This document shows positions 26,636 to 38,895 of a stretch of 64,000 nt of DNA, one piece after another (positions within the stretch are counted from its first letter, which is position 1; every line of letters begins with the position of its first letter). Source of the DNA: Chiloscyllium plagiosum (taxonomy: Eukaryota); NCBI RefSeq assembly GCF_004010195.1, contig NC_057719.1, positions 46,138,021-46,202,020 on the forward strand. The letters run 5' to 3'. Made by a program: the position numbers and the translations under genes. Below the pieces are notes generated by a model that saw nothing but the letters and a program-made list of their open reading frames with translations, made no database searches and had not been told where the DNA came from.

Positions 26636-27271
26636 NNNNNNNNNNNNNNNNNNNNNNNNNNNNNNNNNNNNNNNNNNNNNNNNNNNNNNNNNNNNNNNNN
26701 NNNNNNNNNNNNNNNNNNNNNNNNNNNNNNNNNNNNNNNNNNNNNNNNNNNNNNNNNNNNNNNNNNNNNNNNNNNNNNNNNNNNNNNNNNNNNNNNNNNN
26801 NNNNNNNNNNNNNNNNNNNNNNNNNNNNNNNNNNNNNNNNNNNNNNNNNNNNNNNNNNNNNNNNNNNNNNNNNNNNNNNNNNNNNNNNNNNNNNNNNNNN
26901 NNNNNNNNNNNNNNNNNNNNNNNNNNNNNNNNNNNNNNNNNNNNNNNNNNNNNNNNNNNNNNNNNNNNNNNNNNNNNNNNNNNNNNNNNNNNNNNNNNNN
27001 NNNNNNNNNNNNNNNNNNNNNNNNNNNNNNNNNNNNNNNNNNNNNNNNNNNNNNNNNNNNNNNNNNNNNNNNNNNNNNNNNNNNNNNNNNNNNNNNNNNN
27101 NNNNNNNNNNNNNNNNNNNNNNNNNNNNNNNNNNNNNNNNNNNNNNNNNNNNNNNNNNNNNNNNNNNNNNNNNNNNNNNNNNNNNNNNNNNNNNNNNNNN
27201 NNNNNNNNNNNNNNNNNNNNNNNNNNNNNNNNNNNNNNNNNNNNNNNNNNNNNNNNNNNNNNNNNNNNNNN
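26636..27271. other. Assembly gap (N) within a PLE
   Basis: Run of N. Confidence 1.
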
Positions 27272-27419
27272 CTTCTTTTCCACCTATCCACTCCACCCTC
27301 TCTTCCCTGACCTATCACCTTCATCTCCTTCCCCATTGACCTATTGTACTCTATGCTACTCTCTCCCCACCCCCACCCTCCTCTAGCTTATCTCTCCACG
27401 CTTCAGGCTCTCTGCCTTT

Positions 27420-27455
27420 ATTCCTGATGAAGGGCTTTTGCCCGAAACGTCGATT
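27420..27455 (+). ncRNA. Minimal type I hammerhead ribozyme motif (intact) in PLE terminus
   Basis: ATTC-CTGATGA-A-GGGC-TTTT-GCCC-GAAA-CG-TC-GATT; predicted cleavage after C27451. Confidence 0.8.
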
Positions 27456-28986
27456 TTGCCTGTCCTCGGATGCTGCCTGAATTGCTGTGCTCTTCCAGCA
27501 CCACTGATCCAGACTATAGGAAGAATGTCAAGGATCTTCTCCACTCTGGCAGGTTAAGTCCCAGTATCTTCTCCCTGATACCTCAAACATACTCAATTTC
27601 TGCTACTGTACCCACCTCCAAACACAACTCATGCTCTACGACTCTCTACTGCCTACAACATCTTCCCCTGTTTGTTCTATACACTCACACCACTGACCCT
27701 GCATGCCCTCTCCACTGCAAACAGTAATTGATTTGCCATCAACTCTAATCTTCTGTAATAACTGGTCCTCCTTCACTCCATGAGGAAAACAGCCCAAAAC
27801 TTTACAGACGGATGGTCTGCTGCTGCCATTCAGCTCCTCACCACTTATCCAGAAAGGATCTTGACTCCGACCATGTGCTGAAACTCGTGAGCGAAAACCA
27901 TGTCCCCGAATTGATGGAGAACTGCAGTAACATAATCCGGAGATCTCTGGTTGAAGGAGGCGAAGTGCAAAAAAGGCAAGGTAAAGGATTCTCTGAGCAT
28001 TCAGGAATGCTCAGAGAGTTAGCACTGTGGAAGCAAGTGAAGAGCTTGGAGGTTCTGCCTAGTCCAGTCCAGGAGCTGAGTGCACAGCACTGGGTCAGCA
28101 TGTCCTTGCTGCAGCATGACAATTGATAACTGCGGCACGTCAAGTTGCAGAATTAAAGTGCAGAAGCATCTCGTAAATGAAATGGAGATGCATGCAAGGA
28201 TTCTCAAAGGCTGGCGCATGTCAGACACCAAATTCTGTGGATGTTGGGTTCCTGAGGTCAATGCTCATGGAGCATAACTTGAAATGTTGGTGCTCAGTTT
28301 CCAGCATGCGGTGGGCTGAATCTGCCTCATTTCCTTGTTAAATTTTCCAGGCCAAGTTTGTTTGGCAAGATGGAAGATGAGGTGAGGAGGACTGTTAACA
28401 ACGAGTTTAACAAGCAATAATGATTGTCAAATGCAACTCACTGCTGTCCAGTGAGGACCTTGCAAAGCCACTTGTGAAAAGCATGGAGGTGGAAGTTGCA
28501 CTCGACATTGAGATGTGCCTTGCTGCACTTGCTGTCCAATTCTACCACATATCTTGCCTTGGTCCACATCTCTCAGACCCTTATGGGATTCTGCCCTACG
28601 AGAACAATTTTCACCTGACTATGATCCCTTTCTTTAGCATGAACAAAGTGGTAATGGTAAGAATACCTTTGTCCAAACAACACAACCAATGTATAAACTT
28701 GAAGTTCACTTAGTCAACATATACAAGAAAACTACTTTAACAGCATGATGATACTCAGAACTGCTTAAACAAGATGATTAAATTACTGTTTTTAGGATCT
28801 TTTTTTGACTTTTGACCTTAGCTATAATGATATTTATCCAAACAGAGATAGCAAGTCAAAATAAAGCCCTCTAAATAACTACCAATCAAATAAAAGACAT
28901 AATATCATGAATAATCATACTTATTTCAATTGTTAATTAACATTAAACTAACTTGAGAAAGAACCCCTTTACTAAATTAATTTTGT

Positions 28987-29468
28987 GATGTTGTGAAACT
29001 TGAAAGGGTTCAGAAAAGATTTACAAGGGAGTTGCCAGGGTTGGAGGATTTGAGCTATAGGGAGAGGCTGAATAGGCTGGAGCTGTTTACCCTGGGAATG
29101 TCAGAGGTGGAGGGATGACCTTATAGAGGTTTATAAAATCATGAGGGGCATGAATAGGATAAATAGACAAAGTATTTTCCCTGGAGTGGGGGAATCCAGA
29201 ACTTGAGGGCATAGGTTTAGGGTGAGAGGGGAAAGATATAAAAGAGACCTAATAGTATGTGTATGGAATGAGCTGCTAGAGGAAGTGGTGGAGGCTACTA
29301 CAATTGCATCATTTAAAAGGCATCTGGATAGGTATAGGAATAGGAAGGGTTTGGAGGGATATGGGCCAGATGCTGGCAGGTTGGACTAGATTGGGTTGGA
29401 ATATCTGGTTGGCATGGACAAGTTGGTCCGAAAGGTCTGTTTCCGCACTGTACATCACTATGACTCTA
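28987..29468 (+). mobile_element. CR1 (HER1-like) LINE 3' fragment
   Basis: Same family as 43625, 59097 and 61405; ends tgtacatcactatgactcta. Confidence 0.88.
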
Positions 29469-29929
29469 TAATTTTACACTGTTTACTGGGGAGCTAGCAA
29501 AAAAATAAGTGTTGTCTCTGTTTTGCATCCATGCTTCAGAGGCCTGGCTCAAGGGAAGCTGGACATTACACATTTGTAAATTCTTTGAATCAAGATATAT
29601 TTAGACTTTTGAGGAAGACAGAGCATTGAGGACTGTGGTTAGATATTTGTAATTCATTTAACGGATCTGCTATTCTCATGAAAGAAGAGCCCAACTTTGC
29701 TCTGGTGATGGCTGCATTCTGTACCCAGATGTACAGTGCAAAGGCCCTTCATTTCATTTCTCATTCTAGCTTCCATGGTGGGATATTTATTCAACATTTG
29801 TGCTATCAAAACAGGGATAAATAAACACTTATAAATCTCTATTGAGCAGATGCAGGATATAACTCAAAATTTGTAAAGGTTCATCTGCAGTTATCTCAAC
29901 AAAGGAAAATTGGTTGTCTCACTGACAGA

Positions 29930-30440
29930 AGGACGCGGATGCTAGAGAGAGCTCACAGAAAAGGTTTACCAGGATGTTGCCTGATCTTTAGGGTTTTAGA
30001 TATGAGGACCAGGTGGATAAACGCAGATTGTTTTCACTGGAAAGACTGAGGCTGAGGAGTGACCTGATAGAGATCTATATCTGCTCTCCCGCTCACCACC
30101 ACCACCACCACCACCCCCCCCACCTCCCCCCCCAACCACCACCACCACCACCAGAGTGGAGAGGTTAATCACAGAAGAGCACAGCTTCAAGGTGAAAGGG
30201 GGAAAGTTTAGATGAGAATGTTTGACACAGAGAGTGGTAAGTGCCTGGAATGCACTGCCAATGGAGGTAGTGGTCATAGGCCCTTTAGTAATATTTAAGG
30301 CTTATCTTGATAGACATGAACAGGAGGAGACCAGAGGGATAGAAGCTGCACATGAGAAATAAGTAATGGATCTAAATAAAGGAATAGGAATCAGCACAGG
30401 CTTGGTGGGCCAAAGGGCCTGTTCTTGTGCGTATTGTATT
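29930..30440 (+). mobile_element. CR1 LINE 3' fragment containing a (CCA)n/C-rich microsatellite (30095-30152)
   Basis: RFTRMLP...RLR.DLIE-type remnant; the simple repeat is directly visible. Confidence 0.7.
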
Positions 30441-30725
30441 ACTGTATTTAAAGATAAAATACGGAAATTTTGCTGATGTACTTTTGAACTTTAAAATCTT
30501 TAAAATAATTATGCCACAAAAGTTCTCTCATTTATTTAGACCTTTAGCTGGTTCTGCATTGAATTATTTTAAAAAATTCATTCATGGGTAGTGGGCACTG
30601 CCGGCTGGGCTCACATTTCTTGCCTGTTCATAATTGCCCTTGAGAAGGTGGGGGGGAACTGCCTTGATCCGTTGCAATCCATTCAAGTTACAATACTTTA
30701 GAAAGGGAGTTCCAGGATATTGAAG

Positions 30726-31049
30726 GAATCATAGAATCCCTACAATGCAGATAGAGGCCATTCGGACCATTGAGTCTGCACAAACCCTCCGAAGAGCATT
30801 CTTCATAACCCTACATTTATCATGGCTAGCTCACCTAGCCTACATATCCCCAGACACCATGGGAAATTTGGAATGGTCAATCCAACTAACCTGCACATCA
30901 TTAAGACTGTGGCAAGAAACCAGAGCACTAGCAGAAATCCATGCAGACATAGACAGAACTCCACACAGAGAGACACCCAAGTCGGGAACTGGACCCAAGT
31001 CCCTGGTGATATGAGGCAGCAGTGCTAACCATTGAGCCACTGTGCCACT
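30726..31049 (-). mobile_element. HE1/V-SINE-like SINE
   Basis: Head gtggcacagtggctcaatggttagcactgctgcctca; same family as 19733. Confidence 0.85.
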
Positions 31050-31901
31050 CTAGTCTCAACAGCTACAATTTACTGCTACATATGCATTAAACAACTTAAA
31101 CATTTACACTTGAAGACTGCGTAGTATCAATGACACTATGTGGAGCTGGGAGCAGAAATAATCTTGCACTGCCGATATTTGCAATCTTCCTGAACTAGAA
31201 CTTTAAAAGAATAGCTTTAAAAGGTCATTTCCTTTCTGACTTCTCATATAACAATTCTGTGCATGTTTACAAGACACATTCAGTGCCATGTGTTTGCTGA
31301 AACAGTGTCAGGAGAGCAAGTGGTCACCCAGGTAGGAACTCAGAAATAATACTAATCATCACACAATGGTGTGGTTTTTCCTGAAGAGGTATTTTAAGTC
31401 ATCTAAACTTATGAGGACAATAATATAGAATAATGTAGACTAATAAAAAGGATCCAAGAAGCTAATGCATTCTTCTTTCAGATTTGCATATTAGAATTGC
31501 TATTTTAAAGATGTATTAGTTTGCATTAGCAAGCATAATTCAGATTGCCTGAAAAAAAATGAATTGGTTCAAGCACAAATTCATGCTTTTCAAAATAAAA
31601 TTAAGTTAGTTATGCAAGTAATCAGCATTTAATTCCTTTATTTCCTGATTCCCCACATCTCAAAAAGGTTTCCATGTGTGCTCAAATACCATTCAACAGC
31701 CGTGTTTATATCATGATTATAGCATACATGTCCACATCTAGATTCCCTCTAGTATAGAATTGTAGACTGATGCAATTCATCAATAGGTAGGAAGTTGGCA
31801 ATAAATTCTAGAACATATCTTACGATCAGACTGGAGGTCAAAAATTCATTGTTTCGCCCCTAACTGCTTATCTTTTTTGTATACAGCACACTTTTACAGA
31901 C

Positions 31902-32042
31902 CTGATCCTGGAGTAATTAAAGGTCCTTCCAACTCTAGTGTCTCATCTTCACCTTGGTCTTTTTCTTCAGTTTTTCGCTTTTTCTTCTTTGTTGGATCTT
32001 TAGGTTTTCTCAAGAGAGAGAGTTCTTCAGGATGCCTTATAT
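31902..32042 (-). CDS. FERMT2: Kindlin-2 coding exon (exon 4 equivalent; F1 and poly-Lys loop), 141 nt, phase 1-1
   Basis: Translates (N)IRHPEELSLLRKPKDPTKKKKRKTEEKDQGEDETLELEGPLITPGS(G). Acceptor ctaacag, donor gtctgt; frame continuous with neighbouring exons. Not in the ORF track. Confidence 0.95.
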
Positions 32043-32894
32043 CTGTTAGAATAGATAAGTAATATACAAGATAATTGGGAGTGGTTAAGACATTAAGTAA
32101 ATCAGTGACAAATAATGCTCATTATAATAAAAACTCAAAACGAAGTTTGTAGATCAAAATATAGAAATCCGAGCAACAAGCCATAAGAATTTCATGATGA
32201 TGCCAAATCTGTTTAGCATTTCTAAACACATTTAGAGGTTTCGTAATACTGGAATCTTTCCCAAGTGACCAGTAAAATGGCAATGTCAATGAAAGAACAG
32301 CACTGTAATCATAAGACCCAAATTTGAATCCAGTCCCGACCAAGAGATAGGCATACCCTTTAAGATGTGCTCACTGAGCCCATATACATAGATTCAGTTC
32401 AGTTCTTAGTAGTTAAAAAACAAATTAAACCATAAAGTATACTTAAAGAAATCAATGTAATTTGAACAGAAAATCTGTAAAATTATAACAGCCCCAGGTA
32501 TGCAAGCAAAATGCTTTGGGATTAGATAAAATCCAAATGTAGGGAGTAGTGCAGAAGACTCAAAATCTGTAGCTGTCATGGCAAAACAAAACTCACAGCG
32601 AAAACAGAGAGATAATGACAAGTTGGACTGAAATACAAACATGAAACATGAAATTAATACAATGAATGCTCTGAATAGCTTATTACTAAAAATGAATAAG
32701 AGGTCAATTCAGAGCATTGTTATTGATGAAGTCAGGTTTTAGTTAAGGACAAAAACACATGTTTGAGGAAGTTAAAAATAATTCAATCAGGGTCCCAGGT
32801 GTGCTGACCAATCTAAGCTAAGATAGCTGTTTTGTCAGAATAGAGCAGAGCAAGGCAATGGGTTAGTGATGACTTGCCCAACTAGAAACCCAAA

Positions 32895-33222
32895 GGGTGG
32901 CACAGTGGTTCCCACTGCTGCCTCACAGTCCCAGGGATTAATCCCATCTTGACTGACTGTTTGTGGAGTTTGCACATTCTTCCTGTATCTGCATGGGTTT
33001 CTGCTAGGTGCTCTAGTTTCCTCCCATAGCATGGATTAGCCATGTTAAACTATCCCAAAATGACTAGGAATGTGCAGGTTAGGTAGATTAGCCATAGTTA
33101 ATGCAGGGTTATGGGAATAGGATTGGGGCCGGGGCTGGGTCTGAATGGGAAACTCTCTGGAGGGTCGGTGCAGATTTGATATACCCAATGGCCTCTTCAC
33201 ACACTGTAGGATTCTATGATTC
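32895..33222 (+). mobile_element. HE1/V-SINE-like SINE
   Basis: gggtggcacagtgg...tgtggagtttgcacattct...ctgtaggattctatgattc. Confidence 0.85.
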
Positions 33223-33239
33223 AAAGACCAATGGTAATA

Positions 33240-33617
33240 TTAAGGGGAGATCTAATAGAAACTTACAAGATAATACATGGCTTGGAGAGGGTGGACGCTA
33301 GGTAATTGTTTCCGTTAGGCGAGGAGACTAGGACCCGTGGACACAGCCTTAGAATTAGAGGGGATAAATTCAGAACAGAAATGCGGAGACATTTCTTCAG
33401 CCAGAGAGTGGTGGGGCCTGTGGAATTCATTGCCACAGAGTGCAGTGGAGGCTGGGACGCTAAATGTCTTCAAGGCAGAAATTGATAAATTCTTGATGTC
33501 ACAAGGAATTAAGGGTTACGGGGAGAATGCGGGTAAGTGGAGTTGAAATGCCCATCAGCCATGATTGAGTGGGCCGAATGGCCTTACTTCCGCTCCTATG
33601 TCTTATGGTCTTATGGT
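33240..33617 (+). mobile_element. CR1 LINE 3' end with (TCTTATGG) tail
   Basis: FFSQRVVGLWNSLPQSAVEA...FKAEIDKFL remnant; tail tcttatggtcttatgg. Confidence 0.85.
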
Positions 33618-34355
33618 AATGGTCTGGGGATCTGGGTTAGAAACCCACCATAGCAGATAGTGTAAACTGAACTTTAGACTTTTAATCCCAGATTTCTCTT
33701 ATGTCATCCAAGAAAAATGTTGATTGTTGTAATAACCCATCTATTAATTATTGTTCTTGAGGGAAGAAAACGTCTTATCCTTACCTGCTCTGGCCTACAT
33801 GTGATTCCAAACCCACAGCAATGTGGGTTGACTGTCACTTGCCCTCTGAAATGGCCTAGTAATCCATTCAGTTGCACAACTGCTATGAAGTCTAAAAGGT
33901 ACGAATCTTGTCAGACCATCGGGCATCAATCTTGGCATCAGAAACAACAATGTCAAACTCAGACATATTGACACTGTAAAGTTCCCCTAAAAACATCTGG
34001 GGGTAGCGCCAAAACTTAGTGCTGCCACACAGGCTAATTAAGCTACACCCTGATAGGTACAATTCATAAGTATGACATTCAGGCAAGACCATCGACACAT
34101 GTCTTATCTCAGTTCTGATTGGGAACAGGTTCAAGCTAATTAGCCGCTTTTAAATGGTGAATGCTGAGTTAATTCAAGATAACAGAAGATGACAGGCCAG
34201 TAAACCAGGCAGTGGATCACAACTTAAGCAGTGAAGAAAGAAAATCCAATATCTGGGTTGGAAACCAAATGAAATAGGCATATGTAGCAGAACATGAGGT
34301 GCAAAAAAACTTTTCATGGAGGTGGAAGCCCTCTTAAAAATGTATAATATTTGTT

Positions 34356-34531
34356 AAACAAAAAAGCCTAGACCTGCAAAATCTGGAAAATCCAAAACCA
34401 GAAATTGCTGGAGAAACTCAACAGGTTTTGGCGGCATCTGTAGAGAGAAAGCCAAATCAATGTTTCAGTTTTAACTTCAGTGACCCTTCTTCAGAGTTCT
34501 GATAAATTTCTGCAGCAATTTCTGGTTTTGG
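34356..34531. mobile_element. Mini-element of inverted termini of the second PLE family
   Basis: Perfect 19-bp inverted repeat ccaaaaccagaaattgctg (34392-34410 / 34513-34531) around a degenerate minus-strand hammerhead (CTGAAGAAGGGTC...GAAAC). Confidence 0.7.
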
Positions 34532-36902
34532 TACAATATTAGGTGTTCTCAGAAATGATTGAAACTTTGCAAGACATTTTGACACAATATTGAAAGATTC
34601 CTTGGCTGTTGTAAACTTTGAGAAAGTCTACTGTAACCATTTGTGATCATGTTAACACGGCTATGATTCACACAGCTATGACACATCCCCCAAAAAGAAA
34701 TCCACAATGGCAAAGCTTCAAATTTCAGTAATACTATTTTGGAAACCTTGAGCAGTGCCATCAAGTCTTCAAAGTATACAAAAGTATGCAAAAGATTTTG
34801 TGAGCGGGTATTCAGGGGCAGATATTTGGAAAACTGTGCATACATTTAAAAGTACAGTAACAGATGGAACCTGGATTCAGCTGTCCCATTGCACATTTCT
34901 CACAGATTCATTTTTTTGCAAATGAGGAATGAGACTGGGGCAAGATTCACACGAAAAGGAAAGCTTAACCCAGCAGGGCAATTTAAACCTAGATCCAGGT
35001 TCAAATAAACCCTACTTTGACCATTTCAAGGGCTTCAAACTCTAATGTGGATCATGACTTGAAGGAATAGACATAAAATGCTCTTGGGAGGACATGAAGA
35101 TCTTCTGAAATCCCTACTCTGTAAAACTTTCAAACAAACATCAAAGAAATGCTGCAGCTATCTGTCACAAAGTCTCTTAAAAAAAACTCTGCTGGGAGCT
35201 TTGAATGAAGACTTAATGTTGGAGAAATTTGCCCAATGGGTTACAGATCACAAAACACAGCTCAAAGTGAAATTGACGAACAGTTTATTGCAAGCAATAT
35301 CGCTGGACAAGAAGTTGACTAGGCTGACACAGAACTGACAGTCTGCACCGGTAGATGAGATTTATCCTCCCAGAGCTGAGGATGAGACCAGTTTTATAGT
35401 AAGGCTGCACAATGACACTGATTAAGAAATGGGAAACTACAACGTTTCTGGAAATGGAGCAATTTAGTTGCAAGGATGCTAATTGGAAAACAGTTTATTG
35501 AATGAATGTCCTGTTCCTTCACACAATGCAACACCCTGACAGTATCATGGTTTCATTCATCTTCACAGGTAGGTGTTAAAGTCTCTTCTAAAGTGGTGAG
35601 GTGCTTCCATTGTCCTGTTCCTTGAGCATGTCTTTGCTGGTGCCTGCCTGTCTGTCCTGCTCTTTGTGTGGCTTTGGTATTGCTGGGTTATGAAATTGCC
35701 CTTAGGGCTTTGACATATCTGTGGTGCTCCGTCATGTCCATGGGAGCTTACAGTGTATTCCTCTTGTCTGCGTGTGGTCTGATCCAGCTTGTGAGCTGCT
35801 CGGGAATTCTGGGTGTTCTGGTACAGTTTGGCCAATTTTGCTTTTATGGGCCTATCGTGGGTTAGCAAATCTTTTCCCATACATATCATCATTCACAAGA
35901 TGAGGCATCACTAGCTAGGCCAGCCTTTATTGCCTACCCCTAAATGCTCTTGAAGTAGTGGTAGTTAACTGCTATCTTGAATATCTGCAGTTCCTAGGAT
36001 GTAGGTACACCCACAGTGCTGTTCTGAAGGATGTTCCAGGATTTTGATTGCATAACAAATGAAAACCTCAAGTTAGTTTGGCTATGGAACAATTAAGATT
36101 AAATGTAATAGTTTCAATTTCAGAATAACCCCTCCCTAACTAATCATTTTCCCTCCATCTATTCTTTTTGAGTGATCTTATATTTTGTGCACCTAATAGT
36201 ATCCTACGATTAAGTGACAAAACCACACAAACATAATGCAGGACATTTGTGCATATTTCTATACTTTGTAGATACTTTCTCCTTCATCCATCCACCTAAT
36301 CCATTCGGCAGAATGAATTATTGTTGAGGCACACATCCAAAGGGCTGAACTACAAAACATCACACTCCTCTGGTATAATACAATGTCAGTATTATTTCTT
36401 TGCATATGCTTTCTCTATCCCATTGGTTATACAGGACATGAACATGTCCCACACTGATAAACTGTGTCCTCTACACTGCTCATCAGGATGCATATGCTGT
36501 ACCTTATCCATTCCTAACTTCATTCTACCTTCACCCAAACAAATGTCCCGTACTGACACAAAATCCTGTTCATAAACTTGATTTTCAGCATAATTTTACA
36601 CAAAATTGATTGAGTTTTTAAATTTCATTCCCTCAACTATGCTGGTCAAAACCACTGTGAATCTAGTCTTCATGTTATGTGGTTTTCACAAGAACAATTG
36701 AACCTTTTCACTCCACACTATTGTTTGGCTGCCGGGTCTATCATAATTCATGACCATTTCATCCATATTGCTGATTTGACACAACAGATTTTCATTTTTT
36801 TCTACCCATGTCTGAAGATGAATCGCTGAAGACAGAATTTTAGCATCAAGGTAATTATTGGAGTCTCAGAGCAATCTTGCTCTTCTGCTGCAATAATAGA
36901 TA

Positions 36903-37908
36903 CAGGTAGTTCTCCTATAGCACTGTAGTTCCGCTCCAGTGAAACCTTGCTTAATAGAAAATCGCTCAATAGAAATAATGGGAGCAGAACAGCAAAACAA
37001 AAAAAAAATCACTCAATCGCTCAAAAATCACCCAAAAGCATAACACTATAACTCACTTAGTTTAAGAGGCAGTCATTAGTTTAATTTTTGAGATGAAGCT
37101 GCTCAATGTATAGTACCTCTCATGCTCTGACAGCAGCTGGCATCAACACATGTGCAGAACGATGTGTGCAAAATGATCGCCGCTGGAATCACGTTATAGC
37201 ACAGCCTGAATGAAGGTTTAAATAATACTTATTAAGAAAAGTAAAAGTAAATTTAACACATCACATTGAAAAAAATATTGTTAATGCAGGGACAGAGGTA
37301 ATCATCAGCACCACCTTCAGGTGCAGTTGTGGTGGCAGAAGTGGATGGCTGTGGTTCATTGTCTTCCGACTGTTTCTTGTGGGTTGGTTTAAAAGAAAGA
37401 CATCCAGTATTTGCTGCTTTGCCCTTTTTCTTCTGCCTTGAAGAAGCTGTTCATAGGGTTCCAGATGATATCCTACTGAATGAACTATTACCCTGCTGCA
37501 TTCTGCATTGCAATCATTGTCCTCCAAGAGCTGCAGCTGCCTCTCAATTTCCCTCAGGATAGAAGACAAAAGGGAGAAGTGGAAAGCTGTTCTGGTGTTG
37601 CATCCGAGACTTCATCTTTTCCACCTATCTCCATTTCCCCCTCAAGAATATTCTTGTCTCAGAGAAAGAGTAATGAACATTCATTAGTTTAATTTTTGAG
37701 ATGAAAGTGCTCAATGTATAGTACCTCTCATGCTCTGATGGCTGTTGACATCGGCACATACACAGAACAAAGTGCACAAAACGACTGCTGCTGGAATCAA
37801 GCTACTATGAACAGAGGTAACTGTTCTCGAAAATATCATTTCCTAATTCTTCAGCGACGTTACAGCCAAATTTCACTGCTGAAACTAGTTTTATAAGAGA
37901 ACTACCTG
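36903..37908 (-). mobile_element. Tigger/pogo-family non-autonomous DNA transposon (~1 kb)
   Basis: TA flanks; TIR CAGGTAGTTCTC(C/T)TATA matches 16/17; ORF 37261..37569 (LEDNDCNAECS...LEPYEQLLQGRRKRAKQQILDVF) resembles the Tigger transposase C-terminus. Confidence 0.85.
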
Positions 37909-38359
37909 TATTTTCTTTCCATAAAGTAGCTACACTAACCAGCTGTTGCTCTGCAATATTTGCTGGACTTTGGATTGGATTTGAACAATTTACATTCATT
38001 GCTGTTCACGCAATAATTAAGCTAATGGAAGGATTTCAGAACACAAAATTTTATTTTGTAATAAAATGATTCTGAAGATTAGTGGCCAGTCCCTGTACTA
38101 ATGAGGTACTTGGTCTTGGACAGCTCCCATGGAGTGGATTGTTTCAAGTTCCATTTTTGCACCCGATATTCATTTAATTCCCTCACTGCAGCATACCACA
38201 AATCAGCAAATGTTATAGTTACTTAACGTTTCAAACGAATTTCAGACTTCATTCATTTTCATTGGAAGACTTATTTTCCCTTGTCACTCCCCATGTAGAG
38301 TCTACTCTTTGTCATAAGATTATGAGTCTTCTTAAGTCAGCCTATGTTGTTCCCCAATT

Positions 38360-38895
38360 CCTTATACCCAGTTACACCTGGGATTATGTACACAGTTTTG
38401 GTCTCCTTATCCAGGGCAGGATTTCTAGATAAGGGCATGCACTCGATGGATTTCTAGATAAGGGCATGCACTCGATCAGACTGATGTTTGCGATGATAGG
38501 ATTGGTGTGGGCCATATTCATTGGTGTGTGCGCGTGCAGTAGGTGCCTCTGAAATTCTAACTGGACTTGACAGGATCAACACAAAGGATTGTCTCAATGG
38601 CTGGAAAGTCCAGAACTGAGAGTCTAAGGATATGGACTAAGCCATTTTGGATTGAGGCGAGGAGAAATGTCTTCACCCAGAGTATTAAAGCCTGTAGAAT
38701 TGTCTACCAAAGCAACTAGTTGGGCCAAAGTATTGAATGTTTTCAAGTGTTAAGATGATGCTCTTAAGAGTAAAGGGATTGAAGGGTATGGGGAAAAACG
38801 ATCAGGTACTTAGTTGGATCATCAGTCATAGTGAATGGTAGAACAGGCTCCAAGAGCCAAATGGCTTGCTCCTGCTTTCATTTTCTTGTTTCTAT
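38360..38895 (+). mobile_element. Old CR1 3' fragment containing a perfect 29-bp tandem duplication (38419-38476)
   Basis: DYVHSFGL/RRNVFTQ-type remnants; ggatttctagataagggcatgcactcgat x2. Confidence 0.7.

Larger units (their letters stand above)
26166..27512 (+). mobile_element. Young 5'-truncated Penelope-like element (RT, gap, terminus)
   Basis: Open frame LVLTLNNFSF...LQTKGVAMGTRMGPSYACLFVGYVEQ...YTDDC...PFLDL...YKPT...KNAIPYSQFLRL; terminal hammerhead. Confidence 0.92.
25960..28340 (+). mobile_element. Degenerate Harbinger-type Myb/SANT ORF relic, split by a PLE
   Basis: Removing the PLE joins ...NVINHVKALST..RNTQH|YRKNVKDLLHSGR, followed by donor-like gttaagt and later KTAQN; this resembles the trihelix motif VxxxVSA...RTxxQCRKKxNDL. 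Boundaries are approximate. Confidence 0.5.

Noticed and set aside
25803..27386. 527-aa ORF as a novel RT fusion gene
   Set aside because: Chance read-through from flank and Harbinger relic into a truncated PLE, then across 636 Ns.
29996..30277. Poly-Val/poly-Gly protein ORF
   Set aside because: Translation of a (CCA)n/C-rich microsatellite in a LINE remnant.
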